Below are positions 40,578 through 49,775 of a stretch of DNA of 64,000 bases, piece after piece (within the stretch, counting starts at the first letter, position 1; each line of letters begins with the position of its first letter). The notes beneath the pieces were generated by a model. It had not been told where the DNA came from, did not search any database, and saw only the letters and a program-made list of their open reading frames with translations. The position numbers and the translations under genes were made by a program. This DNA comes from Magnetococcales bacterium. Its GTDB lineage: Bacteria > Pseudomonadota > Magnetococcia > Magnetococcales > JADFYX01. The stretch is taken from contig JADFZU010000004.1 of assembly GCA_015232365.1 (NCBI GenBank), positions 5,371-69,370 of the forward strand. Direction: 5' to 3'.

Positions 40578-40955
40578 ATGTCGTATAATAGTACAGATGA
40601 TGATTATCTTGGTGAGTTGACCTTGGATGATGAACAACCTACAGTTGCCCAAGATTATGTTGCCTCTGAGTCGGCAGCTACTGATGAAGTAGTGCACGAG
40701 CCTGTTTTTGTTCCTGTGGAGAGCCTTGGTGCTGGGGTAGTCAACTTTTTAGGTGAGATGGTCGGTGGCTTGATTGGTTTAAAAGGACCTGTTCAACAAT
40801 CGCTAGAGAAGGGGGCACAGATTGTCAAAGATAAGGTCGAAGGTTTAAAAGCAAAAAAAACCACCCCTCACGATGAGGAGACAATAATACTTGATCAAGA
40901 ACCAATGGCTGAGCAGCCGGTTCAGGTCGCCAGGGAGGAAGATCCTCATCTATAA
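40578..40955 (+). CDS. Small acidic protein carrying the same VPVESLGAG motif
   Basis: GGAGAG RBS; D/E-rich; VPVESLGAGVVNFLGEMVGG. Confidence 0.78.
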   Translation: MSYNSTDDDYLGELTLDDEQPTVAQDYVASESAATDEVVHEPVFVPVESLGAGVVNFLGEMVGGLIGLKGPVQQSLEKGAQIVKDKVEGLKAKKTTPHDEETIILDQEPMAEQPVQVAREEDPHL

Positions 40956-41120
40956 TCCAGATTCTGCAGTTGTTTGCACATCACTGGCACAACCTATTTA
41001 TTCACCTGGTAAACCAGAAAAAGTCTCATCACCAACAAGGTGACTTCGATTTTTTCTGATTCACCAGATAAACCAATATTTTGCACCATTAATGCACACC
41101 CAACTGCCGAATCTGGATAA
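40953..41120. repeat. ~168-bp MITE-like element, best-preserved copy
   Basis: TAATCCAGATTCTGCAGTTG...CAACTGCCGAATCTGGATAA terminal inverted repeats; begins at the TAA stop of the upstream gene. Confidence 0.9.
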
Positions 41121-41173
41121 TTTATTCAAAGGAAAACTTAGGAGGCTTTGCGAATTAAAACTTTTAAAAAAGA

Positions 41174-43309
41174 TTAGCTCCTGGACCAGCGGTGTAACCT
41201 CTCCAGCCACAACATAACTCTCTTTGAAACATGGGCCTTTTTCCAGGCCCCGGCTGCATATTTGTTTGCTTCGGCCATAGTTGGGTAGATATGGATGGTC
41301 CCAAGTATTTTGTTCATGCCAAAGCCGTGGCGCATAGCGGCTACATACTCTGCAATTACATCTCCAGCATGGTTGCCAACAATCGTTGCTCCCAGAATTT
41401 TATCTTGGCCGGGAACAGTGAGTATCTTCACCACTCCATGGGCCTCTTCATCAGCAATAGCCCGGTCCAGATCATCAATTCCGTATCTGGTTATCTCATA
41501 GGCAATATCCTTAGCCTTAGCCTCTTGTTCGTTCAATCCAACTCTTGCCACTTCCGGGTCGGTAAATGTAGCCCAGGGTATGACTGAATAGTCTACTTTA
41601 AACTTTTTAAATCGTCCAAAAAGGGCATTGACTGCTGCATACCAGGCTTGATGAGCGGCGGTGTGGGTAAACTGAAATGGTCCTGCCACATCTCCACAGG
41701 CAAAAATATTGGAAAAATTTGTTCTAAGATATTGGTCGGTTTTTATAGTACCATCTTCGTCAAGTTCTACACCCAACTCTTCTAAACCAAAACCTGAAAC
41801 GTTGGCGGTGCGACCGGTTGCTACAAGAAGTTGATCAAATACGACACGTTTTTCAACCCCGTTATGGCTACAGATCAAAACTTTATCTGCTCCATCTTTG
41901 ATAAATTCCTGCATTGAGTGGTTGGTTAATACATTGATTCCTTCAGAAATAAATTGCTCTAGAACCATCTGTGAAATTTCCGGGTCCTCCTTTTTCATAA
42001 GCCGGTTACCTCTTAAAACCATGGTGGTGTCGCAGCCGAGGCGGGCAAAAGTCTGGGTTAACTCGCAACCGATAGGACCAGCTCCTAGGACCAGCAACCG
42101 TTTTGGCTGCTGCCTTATTGCCCAAATGGTATCGGAGGTCAGAGGTTCCACACTCATAATGCCAGGTATTGATGGCATAGAAGGGCGTGCTCCAGTTGCT
42201 ATGACAATATTTTTGCTGGAAATGGTTTTTCCGTTAACTTCAACATGGTAGGGGGAGGTGATGCGTGCTGCACCTTTTATACACTCAACTCCAAGCTCTG
42301 TGTATCGTTCTACTGAGTCGTGGGGCTCAACCTTTTTGATTACCCGTTGGACCCGCTCCATAACCTCCGCAAACTCAAATTTTACATCTGCCGAGCGGAA
42401 TCCAAACTCTTTGGCTCTACGGGCATTGGATAGAAATTTTGCCGAACGGATTAGAGCTTTGGATGGGACACATCCGGTATTCAGGCAGTCACCACCCATT
42501 TTATGTTTTTCTATCAAGGTGACTTTGGCTTTAACAGCGGCACCAATATAGGTGGTGACCAACCCTGCTGCTCCGCCACCAATGGCGATTAGATTGCGGT
42601 CAAAAGTTTTAGGTCTAGGGTATTTTGCCAATATTTTTCTTGATTGCATCCACAGGACAGATTTTTTTGCCAGTAGTGGGAAGATTCCCAGAAGGGCAAA
42701 AGAACCAATCATCCCTGGAGAGAGAATGCCAGAAATGGACTCCAACTGTGCAACCTGTGTCCCAGCATTTATAAAGACAACTGTGCCAGCCAGCATGCCA
42801 ATTTGACTGACAAGATAGAAGACTGGTGTCGAAATAGGGGTCAGGCCCATAACCAAATTGATAACAAAAAATGGAAAAGCCGGCACTAAACGTAAAGTGA
42901 AAAGGTATATGGGGCCATCTTTTTTCATGCCGTCATTTACAGCCTGTAATTTATCAGCAAATTTGGTTTGAATAAGGTCGCGTAGCAGGTAGCGTGAGGC
43001 TAAAAAAGCTAGCGTTGCACCAATTGTTGAGGCGAAGGATACGATAATCGTCCCGTAAAAAACTCCAAAGACTGCTCCTCCAGCAAGGGTCATTATTGCT
43101 GCTCCAGGAAGTGAGAGACCGGTGACTATTACATATGTGACAAAATAGACCAACACGGTTTTGCTTGGATTGCTCTCATAAAAACTGTAGATAGCTGCTT
43201 GTTGGGATTTTAAAAACTCCAGGGTTAGATAGTCGCCAAGATCAAACCAAAAAAAAGCGTAGATCAGTCCGGCAATTATTAGTAGCAGAAAGATTCTTTT
43301 ACCATTCAT
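41174..43309 (-). CDS. DedA/VTT (SNARE-associated) domain fused to a MerA/LpdA-like pyridine nucleotide-disulfide oxidoreductase
   Basis: N-terminal TMs with LRLVPAFPFFVIN; GGGAAG, GGDCLNTGCVPSK, GAGPIG, HIYPT; no C-terminal MerA Cys pair. Confidence 0.93.
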   Translation of the reverse strand: MNGKRIFLLLIIAGLIYAFFWFDLGDYLTLEFLKSQQAAIYSFYESNPSKTVLVYFVTYVIVTGLSLPGAAIMTLAGGAVFGVFYGTIIVSFASTIGATLAFLASRYLLRDLIQTKFADKLQAVNDGMKKDGPIYLFTLRLVPAFPFFVINLVMGLTPISTPVFYLVSQIGMLAGTVVFINAGTQVAQLESISGILSPGMIGSFALLGIFPLLAKKSVLWMQSRKILAKYPRPKTFDRNLIAIGGGAAGLVTTYIGAAVKAKVTLIEKHKMGGDCLNTGCVPSKALIRSAKFLSNARRAKEFGFRSADVKFEFAEVMERVQRVIKKVEPHDSVERYTELGVECIKGAARITSPYHVEVNGKTISSKNIVIATGARPSMPSIPGIMSVEPLTSDTIWAIRQQPKRLLVLGAGPIGCELTQTFARLGCDTTMVLRGNRLMKKEDPEISQMVLEQFISEGINVLTNHSMQEFIKDGADKVLICSHNGVEKRVVFDQLLVATGRTANVSGFGLEELGVELDEDGTIKTDQYLRTNFSNIFACGDVAGPFQFTHTAAHQAWYAAVNALFGRFKKFKVDYSVIPWATFTDPEVARVGLNEQEAKAKDIAYEITRYGIDDLDRAIADEEAHGVVKILTVPGQDKILGATIVGNHAGDVIAEYVAAMRHGFGMNKILGTIHIYPTMAEANKYAAGAWKKAHVSKRVMLWLERLHRWSRS

Positions 43310-43327
43310 GTTAAAAAAGCCTGTTGA

Positions 43328-44074
43328 TTATTTGCCGTTTAGAGACCAATTGTAGTTAAGGTATCCTGTTATTGTAGCATTTTTTGTAATTTCTGGCCGG
43401 TATTTACGAATAAATTCCAGAGGGTTGCCAAAATCTTCAGAAAACCAGTCGAGTATTTTTGATGTACGAAGAGAGCTTTTACTCACCTCCAGGCCCTTAT
43501 CTTGATTATTGAAAAACTGTTTTACCTGCTCGTCTAGCTGAGCATCCAAGTTAGCAGCACTATATGGCTCCCGGCGAAGATCCGGGCAGCTTAGTGATGC
43601 ACAGACAATAGCCATATGGATACGTGGTTCTCCCATGCTACGGAGAATGTTGTGTTCAATTTCGTTTAGAGTGGTTTTTTTTTCGGAAATTGTTCCTGCA
43701 GTTTTTTTCCAAACCGGGTTAAACCAGCTCCCCACATCTTTTATACTTTTTACAGGCCAGTGATCCAAGACCATCTTAATAGCCAGGATATTATAGGCGT
43801 TTATATAGAATGCTATTTTTTCTTCATCGCTTGCTAACCGTTCCACAGGAAAATTTTCCAAGGTCTCTAGGCTTTTTATATAGTCTTGGTCTACCTTTAT
43901 AGCTGTATAGTCCAGCCAAGCCAGAGTTACACCCTGTTTTCTTTGTTGGGTTATATGTTTATCAAGAATTGAGGCGTAGTGAGTCCAATCCGGCTCATCT
44001 GATCTTAGTAGAGGAGGGTAGAGCAAGCCAAAAGCCATAAGTATAATAAATATGTGTAATGGTCTATTTGACAT
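43328..44074 (-). CDS. DUF547-domain secreted protein
   Basis: AFYINAYN, LNEIEHNILR, EPRIHMAIVCASLSCP, YNWSLN. Confidence 0.92.
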   Translation of the reverse strand: MSNRPLHIFIILMAFGLLYPPLLRSDEPDWTHYASILDKHITQQRKQGVTLAWLDYTAIKVDQDYIKSLETLENFPVERLASDEEKIAFYINAYNILAIKMVLDHWPVKSIKDVGSWFNPVWKKTAGTISEKKTTLNEIEHNILRSMGEPRIHMAIVCASLSCPDLRREPYSAANLDAQLDEQVKQFFNNQDKGLEVSKSSLRTSKILDWFSEDFGNPLEFIRKYRPEITKNATITGYLNYNWSLNGK

Positions 44075-44867
44075 TTTAATATACCGTTGATTCTAGTTGT
44101 AAAACAAGCCATGCAAGACTCATCAAGGTGGTTAACCATAATGATGAAAAGCAGTATTAGTATTTAGGAAAAAATAGACTAAACCAATCCTCTGTTTGTA
44201 TCTACAAAACAAGATTTTCTGTTCTAACTTGTTTAGTCGGGCAAAGTTTGGGTTTCTTATAGATAGATGAAAAAAATGAAAATTGGCTTTCTGTTAAGTT
44301 TATGTGTAAGAATTTATAAATGCTTACAACTAATGGTTAGAGCAATACTGTTATGACTGTTATCTTTCTAGTGTTTGATGGTATTTACTCTTATTAGTAA
44401 CAATCAGGTAGCTATAATGTTTCTATAGTACAGGAAACGTTTGTCGTTTGCTAATTGCAGAGGGTTGGGTGCGTTATCTTGGTGTGTGATGCACCGTATC
44501 ATCGGTTGGTATTCTTGCCAATGGTCTTGATTCAAGAGTAGTTAATGTGATGGACCAAATTAGGAGTAGACATTCATGATCAAAAATCTACCATACTTGA
44601 CCCAGAAGATATAGAACATGCAGGTTTTGTGGTTAAGGTTTATGACAACTACTAAGGATAGTCTGCCTGCTTTACCTTATGGCTGCAACTTTCCTATTGT
44701 ACAACATGAAAATTTTTCCTCGTAAAGTGGGGCGGACCATATAATGATAATCACGTTCAATATCTGTTACTTGAGATTAAGAGGCAATTGCCAAAACCCA
44801 AGTAGGTCGGCTATATACTTTTTGAATTAAATATAAACTTTATATACAAACTACTCTGGAGAAAGTA

Positions 44868-45047
44868 ATGACTGCCCAACGAATGCTATTTCTGATTATG
44901 GCCACCTTTATCTCGGTTGGAATTTGGCTGACCGGTATATCTGTTGCTCACTGGTTCTCTTTTGTTGCTCCTGCTGCACTTATTTTTGCAGGAGTCACCG
45001 GTATCTGTCCTGGATTAGTAGTTCTTAAAAAAATGGGTTTCAAATAG
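44868..45047 (+). CDS. Small DUF2892-like membrane protein (59 aa, absent from the ORF track)
   Basis: Hand translation: MTAQRMLFLIMATFISVGIWLTGISVAHWFSFVAPAALIFAGVTGICPGLVVLKKMGFK. GGAGA RBS; TGxCP motif; ends 10 bp before arsS. Confidence 0.8.
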   Translation: MTAQRMLFLIMATFISVGIWLTGISVAHWFSFVAPAALIFAGVTGICPGLVVLKKMGFK

Positions 45048-45057
45048 GTTTTAGACT

Positions 45058-46062
45058 ATGCAATATAAATCCAGAACTGACCTAGATCTGGCATCTGAGA
45101 CCCAACATTCTGGTAACAGATCACCTTCAGGGTTTCCTCTGATTAAACGTAGCCGTTTAGAGACTTTGCAGGCTAATCTTGGCTATCGTTGCAACCAAGC
45201 GTGTAGCCATTGCCATGTAGCGGCCTCTCCAAAACGTAGTGAAAGTATGGATTGGCAGACCATGGAGTGGCTGCTCCGTTTTGCTGCTCAGCATGATATC
45301 AAACTTTTTGATCTTACTGGTGGTGCACCAGAGATGAACGAATTTTTTCGGGATTTGGTTGTGGCTGCAAGAGAAATGGGAGTTGGGGTGATCGATCGCT
45401 GCAATTTGACTATTCTCTCAGAACCAGGTCAAGAGGATCTTGCTAGATTTTTAGCCAAGCAGCAGGTGGAGGTTGTTGCATCATTACCATGCTATCAAAA
45501 AGAGAATGTTGATAAACAGCGTGGCAGGGGAACATTTGAGGCTAGTATTGCTGGTCTAAAGTCTCTCAACGCTTTGGGGTATGGGGTTCCAGGCTCCGGT
45601 CTTTACCTTAATTTGGTCTATAACCCTGCTGGGCCAAGCCTCCCACCAAGTCAGGATAGTCTGGAGGCTGCTTATAAAACCCAGCTTAGCAGCGAGTTTG
45701 GCATCAAATTCAACCAGCTATTTGTTATGGTAAATATGCCCATTAGCCGTTTTGAAGAGCGAATAGCCGCTAATGGTCAGTTAGGTGAGTATAAAACTCT
45801 GCTTAAAAACTCTTTTAGTTCAGACAATCTAGATGGTGTGATGTGTCGTAGCCTGATATCTGTTGACTGGCGTGGTTATGTCTATGATTGTGACTTTAAC
45901 CAAATGCTCGATATGCCTCTAAAACATGGCGATAGCGAGCGTCTCCATATCTCTGCATTAATGGCAAAAGATATATCTGGTAGTGCGATTCAGGTAGATG
46001 GACACTGTTTTGGCTGTACTGCTGGTCAAGGTAGTAGCTGTCAGGGGGCATTGGTTGCTTAA
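45058..46062 (+). CDS. arsS: Radical SAM protein of the ArsS / rSAM-selenodomain (DUF3641) family
   Basis: LQANLGYRCNQACSHCHV, DLTGGAPE, DCDFNQML, HCFGCTAGQGSSCQG. Confidence 0.88.
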   Translation: MQYKSRTDLDLASETQHSGNRSPSGFPLIKRSRLETLQANLGYRCNQACSHCHVAASPKRSESMDWQTMEWLLRFAAQHDIKLFDLTGGAPEMNEFFRDLVVAAREMGVGVIDRCNLTILSEPGQEDLARFLAKQQVEVVASLPCYQKENVDKQRGRGTFEASIAGLKSLNALGYGVPGSGLYLNLVYNPAGPSLPPSQDSLEAAYKTQLSSEFGIKFNQLFVMVNMPISRFEERIAANGQLGEYKTLLKNSFSSDNLDGVMCRSLISVDWRGYVYDCDFNQMLDMPLKHGDSERLHISALMAKDISGSAIQVDGHCFGCTAGQGSSCQGALVA

Positions 46063-46088
46063 CTAAAAAATAGTCATGGGATGGGGTC

Positions 46089-46136
46089 GGGAAGGGGGGG
46101 TGCCCCTTCCCAATGGGGTTTGGGGCAAAGCCCCAA
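46089..46136. repeat. Twin GC-rich hairpins (REP-like or terminator) between convergent genes
   Basis: GGGAAGGGG-gggtg-CCCCTTCCC and TTGGGGC-aaa-GCCCCAA. Confidence 0.7.
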
Positions 46137-46141
46137 CAAGT

Positions 46142-46927
46142 CTAACTAACAACAATAGAGCGTTCTTGACGATTAACCCGGTAAAGAGCCAGTATAAGAC
46201 AGCCCACAGCCCATACAACAGCTACTGCCAAGGCTTTCTGGTATTCATGGCTGGAAATAAGCTCAGCAGCAGGTTGATAGAGAGGCAGTCGGATAAGAAG
46301 TAGAGCGTGACTCACTGGGTTAACCGTTACCAGCCACTCTAACCATATTGGAGCTTGAGTTACTGGAAATAGTGCACCGGATAGCATCCATAATGGCAGA
46401 AGAAAAACCGACATAATTGCATGAAAACCGGCAGTGCTCTCCATATTCCAGGCGATGAGGAATCCTAAAGCAGTAAAACCAAGAGCAGCTATTGTTAATC
46501 CAAAAATCAACAATAAAACTCCGTCAACTCCCAGATCAATACCTAAAAACGGGATAGTTCCCATTAGTAGAAAAGCCTGTAACAGCCCTATTACCATCGC
46601 CCCAATAACCTTACCAAGAACAATAGCCATCCGAGGTACAGGAGCGACTAAAATTCCTTGTAGCAGACCCTGGTTTCGATCTTCAATTACAGTGATGGTA
46701 GAAAAAATACCGGAAAAAAGCACGACCATCAATAGGATGCCAGGGAAGAAATATTCAGTGTATGTAACCCCTGGCAGGCCGGGAGCTTGGAAAGATGCCC
46801 CAAAACCGCTACCGAGAAAAACCCAAAAAATCAGCGGCTGGGCAATGCTGCCAACCACACGGTGTCCTTGACGAAAAAAACGGACCAACTCCCGTTTTGC
46901 CATGGAGATAATTGCTCGTGTCATCAC
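46142..46927 (-). CDS. ABC-2 type exporter permease
   Basis: QPLIFW, FFPGIL, LVAPVPR..LGK, LSGALFPV, NPVS. Confidence 0.9.
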   Translation of the reverse strand: MMTRAIISMAKRELVRFFRQGHRVVGSIAQPLIFWVFLGSGFGASFQAPGLPGVTYTEYFFPGILLMVVLFSGIFSTITVIEDRNQGLLQGILVAPVPRMAIVLGKVIGAMVIGLLQAFLLMGTIPFLGIDLGVDGVLLLIFGLTIAALGFTALGFLIAWNMESTAGFHAIMSVFLLPLWMLSGALFPVTQAPIWLEWLVTVNPVSHALLLIRLPLYQPAAELISSHEYQKALAVAVVWAVGCLILALYRVNRQERSIVVS

Positions 46928-47859
46928 TCAACCTCCCCATTTTTTGCTGTTATATGGATAAAAAGATCTTCTAATGTTGGGCGTTTGATAGAGATTTCAC
47001 AGAACTGCTCTCTATGGTTGGCAAGGAGGTCGTCAAGGGTTTTGCTATCAATACCCTCAACCCGCAACTCCCTCTGTCTAATCCAAACTTTTACCCCATC
47101 TCTATTAGCTAGTTTGCTATTAAGTGTTTCTGCCTGTTTATCATCAATGGTTTGGATGACCACCATCTCCCGACCCAGGCGGTTTTTCAACTCTTCTGGT
47201 GAGCCTACAGCCAGTAGACGTCCCTGGTGGAGAATACCAACCCGGTCAGCTCGTTCTGCCTCAGCAAAAATATGGCTGGTCATCAAGATTGTCATCTCCC
47301 GTTCTTCGCGCAACTTATCAACCATGTCGAGAAAATCCCGCCGCCCTCCAGGATCAAGGCCATTGGTCGGCTCATCCATAAGGAGGATTTTTGGTCGGTG
47401 TAGTAACGCCTTAACAAGCTCTACACGTCTAGCCATCCCCCCGGATAGTGTTCCAACAAGCTCTCCTAAACGGTCTTTGAGTCCGGTCCATGCCAGATCT
47501 TCATCTAGACGCTGCCTGAACAGTGATTGCTTCATACCATAAAGGTCGGCATGGATGGAAAAGTTCTCCATCAGGGTAAGATGTTTATCCAGTGCCGGAT
47601 GTTGAAATACCACACCCATTAACTCACGAATTTTGTTCTGATGTTGGACAATATCCAGTCCATCCATTTTAATCTCACCTTGATTGGCAATGGATAGGCC
47701 GCTAAGAGCACGAAACAGGGTTGATTTGCCGCTGCCGTTAGGCCCGGTTAGTGTGAACAGGGTGTTTCTGGCAATTTCAAGATCCAGGTCAGCCAGTGCT
47801 TGCCGGTTATCCTGTTTACCAGCTTTATAAAAATAATTTAATTTTTTAATGGAGATCAT
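46924..47859 (-). CDS. ABC transporter ATP-binding protein
   Basis: GPNGSGKS, LSGGM, LLMDEPTNGLDP. Confidence 0.95.
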   Translation of the reverse strand: MISIKKLNYFYKAGKQDNRQALADLDLEIARNTLFTLTGPNGSGKSTLFRALSGLSIANQGEIKMDGLDIVQHQNKIRELMGVVFQHPALDKHLTLMENFSIHADLYGMKQSLFRQRLDEDLAWTGLKDRLGELVGTLSGGMARRVELVKALLHRPKILLMDEPTNGLDPGGRRDFLDMVDKLREEREMTILMTSHIFAEAERADRVGILHQGRLLAVGSPEELKNRLGREMVVIQTIDDKQAETLNSKLANRDGVKVWIRQRELRVEGIDSKTLDDLLANHREQFCEISIKRPTLEDLFIHITAKNGEVE

Positions 47860-47869
47860 TCGTAAGTTA

Positions 47870-49219
47870 TCACTTTGATTTAACAGAAGATAAAGCCCTA
47901 AAAGTCAGGGTTAAAAAAAGAATACCGCCAACAACAGCCAAAATGCCGCCAAGCCCCATTATCCACATGGGGATTTTATCCGCCAGACTCTCCAACCCCT
48001 GGGCAGCTCCGGGAGTTTTACGTTGTACACCGTGACCACCAGACCAAGCCAGGCCAGTAATATGCAACAAAGAGCCACTACTATAGAGCATCAGTTGCCG
48101 GTTGGACCAGACTATAGATGGCCGTTTATAACCTAAACCTGGCAGAAGATGATAGGTAATGCCCATATAGGCCAGGGTAATACCAACTATGGAACCATGG
48201 TAGTGGGCTGGAATAGTAACGTTGACTGCATTGATCATAAACCCGATCCAGCCGCCGGCACCAAATAGAATCAGTGAATAGAGCAAGGCTAAACGTAGAG
48301 GACGGTTCTCTTCAGCAATTTTTTTGTTGCCCAATAAGGAGCGAAAAATAATGACTCCAACAATAAGTGGGGCTATGCCGCCACCGTAATACATCAAATC
48401 TGTAAATGCCAGTCTATGCTCAATGGTGTCGACACCATACAAACTGTGAATAACGGGCCCCAACAGTGCAGGAAAAGCCCCAATTATAAAGAGCAAAATT
48501 AGTAGACCAGTTCGGGCTACAGGTTTTCCTGTTATTGCAGTTGCCAACCATAACCAAGCGACCATCAACAGTTGGGTATGGGTAAATTGTAAAATATGGC
48601 CTGGCCCCCAGAAGAGGGTCTCATAATATAGTTCGGTTTTATCAGATGAAAGCTCTTCAGGAGTTGCAAAATAGGTCCATATCAAGGAGGCTATAGCGAT
48701 GATGGCAATGGCCATTGCTGTTTTTACACCAAAACTCAAGAGCTGTTTTTTGTTGGGAGTAAAGCAGACCTGTAGAGCGACTATGGCAAACCCTAAACCA
48801 AAGAGTATTAAACCGCTAAAAAATGCCCAGTTGGCAAGAACAGGAACATAGTTGTTTAAATATGGCTCATCCTTACCCAAAAAAGGCGAGAAGGTGATTA
48901 GAACTGCTCCAAGTACAGCAAGCCACAAAGCGGTTTTTCCAATAGCAACAGTACTTTTTGGTGTGGTTAGAATAGCAAAAATTCCAGCAAAAGAGAGAAA
49001 CCAGACCAGTACTGACAGATCGACATGGATAACCAGAGCAGTTTTAAATGAGCCAGCCCAGGGAATTAGATCGTGTATAATGGGAGTTCTTGCCAAGATT
49101 ATCAAGATAACCACCAACCCAGAGCCAATTAGAGAGCTAAGCGCCAGAGTAAGCCATCCTGAGGCAAGCTGTTTATGGGGGCCTGTGGGGAAGTTGAACC
49201 GTAATAAATTGTCAGACAT
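47870..49219 (-). CDS. Degenerate heme-copper oxidase subunit I-like membrane protein
   Basis: About 12 TM; IHVDL, FWGPGHILQF and PAHYHG His motifs; lacks the cross-linked Tyr and the HH CuB pair. Confidence 0.75.
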   Translation of the reverse strand: MSDNLLRFNFPTGPHKQLASGWLTLALSSLIGSGLVVILIILARTPIIHDLIPWAGSFKTALVIHVDLSVLVWFLSFAGIFAILTTPKSTVAIGKTALWLAVLGAVLITFSPFLGKDEPYLNNYVPVLANWAFFSGLILFGLGFAIVALQVCFTPNKKQLLSFGVKTAMAIAIIAIASLIWTYFATPEELSSDKTELYYETLFWGPGHILQFTHTQLLMVAWLWLATAITGKPVARTGLLILLFIIGAFPALLGPVIHSLYGVDTIEHRLAFTDLMYYGGGIAPLIVGVIIFRSLLGNKKIAEENRPLRLALLYSLILFGAGGWIGFMINAVNVTIPAHYHGSIVGITLAYMGITYHLLPGLGYKRPSIVWSNRQLMLYSSGSLLHITGLAWSGGHGVQRKTPGAAQGLESLADKIPMWIMGLGGILAVVGGILFLTLTFRALSSVKSK

Positions 49220-49401
49220 TGTTAAAGACCTTCTTAAAAAATGAGTTGTATCTACCGATTAATTTGGCTTATGTAGCAAACATGGATTTGGTTTTTAGTC
49301 TATCTTGAGATTTGTATAAAGTGTGCAGATCGATGTGGAAGCTGTGCACTTTTAAGTATATAACGAGGAGGCTACTTTTTTAAAAAAGTTAATAATATAT
49401 T

Positions 49402-49461
49402 TTTGAGTCAGGTAGAGTTTAACTATCTCGGTTTGTAGTTACAATATTAAAAGTAATAAAT
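49402..49461. promoter_or_regulatory. Motif block shared with the ctaB upstream region
   Basis: TTTGAGTCAGGTA...GTAGTTAC...AAGTA(A)TAAAT, also at 55119-55169. Confidence 0.5.
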
Positions 49462-49673
49462 AATTTTGTAATTAGGCTTTAAAAAAATTGTAAAATAATT
49501 ATTAAGAAAATGTTAAGAAAAATTTTAGCAAATAATTTCAGAAAAATATATAGTTAAAACATCGATGTTTTCCAAAAAAAGTTTCAAAATTTAGGCAGAC
49601 AAATGGTGTCAATAGCACGTTTTAGAATCTTTTGAGTTGACAGTGGAATGTTGAACGTGGTTATTTATTGAGA

Positions 49674-49687
49674 TTGACATTGGTCAA
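49674..49687. promoter_or_regulatory. FNR/Crp-family-like palindrome upstream of the cox operon
   Basis: TTGAC-ATTG-GTCAA, about 90 bp upstream of coxC. Confidence 0.55.
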
Positions 49688-49775
49688 TTTGTACAGAATA
49701 TAAAAGCACAAATTTTCATTACACCAAATAACGCAGATCAAACTATACCAGTCTGGAATTTTAAGGAGAGTAAAT

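Noticed and set aside
41174-43309. Mercuric reductase merA
   Set aside because: Lacks the C-terminal Cys pair and mer operon context; matches the DedA-fused oxidoreductase type.
44540-44640. Possible DUF433-like pseudogene remnant (..ILDPEDIEHA..)
   Set aside because: Too short and frame-broken to support by eye.
46076-46303. 75-aa ORF MGWGREGG...
   Set aside because: Starts within the hairpin element and overlaps the ABC permease antisense.
47870-49219. Functional second terminal oxidase or NO reductase
   Set aside because: CuB/FeB His pair incomplete and no cognate subunit II adjacent.
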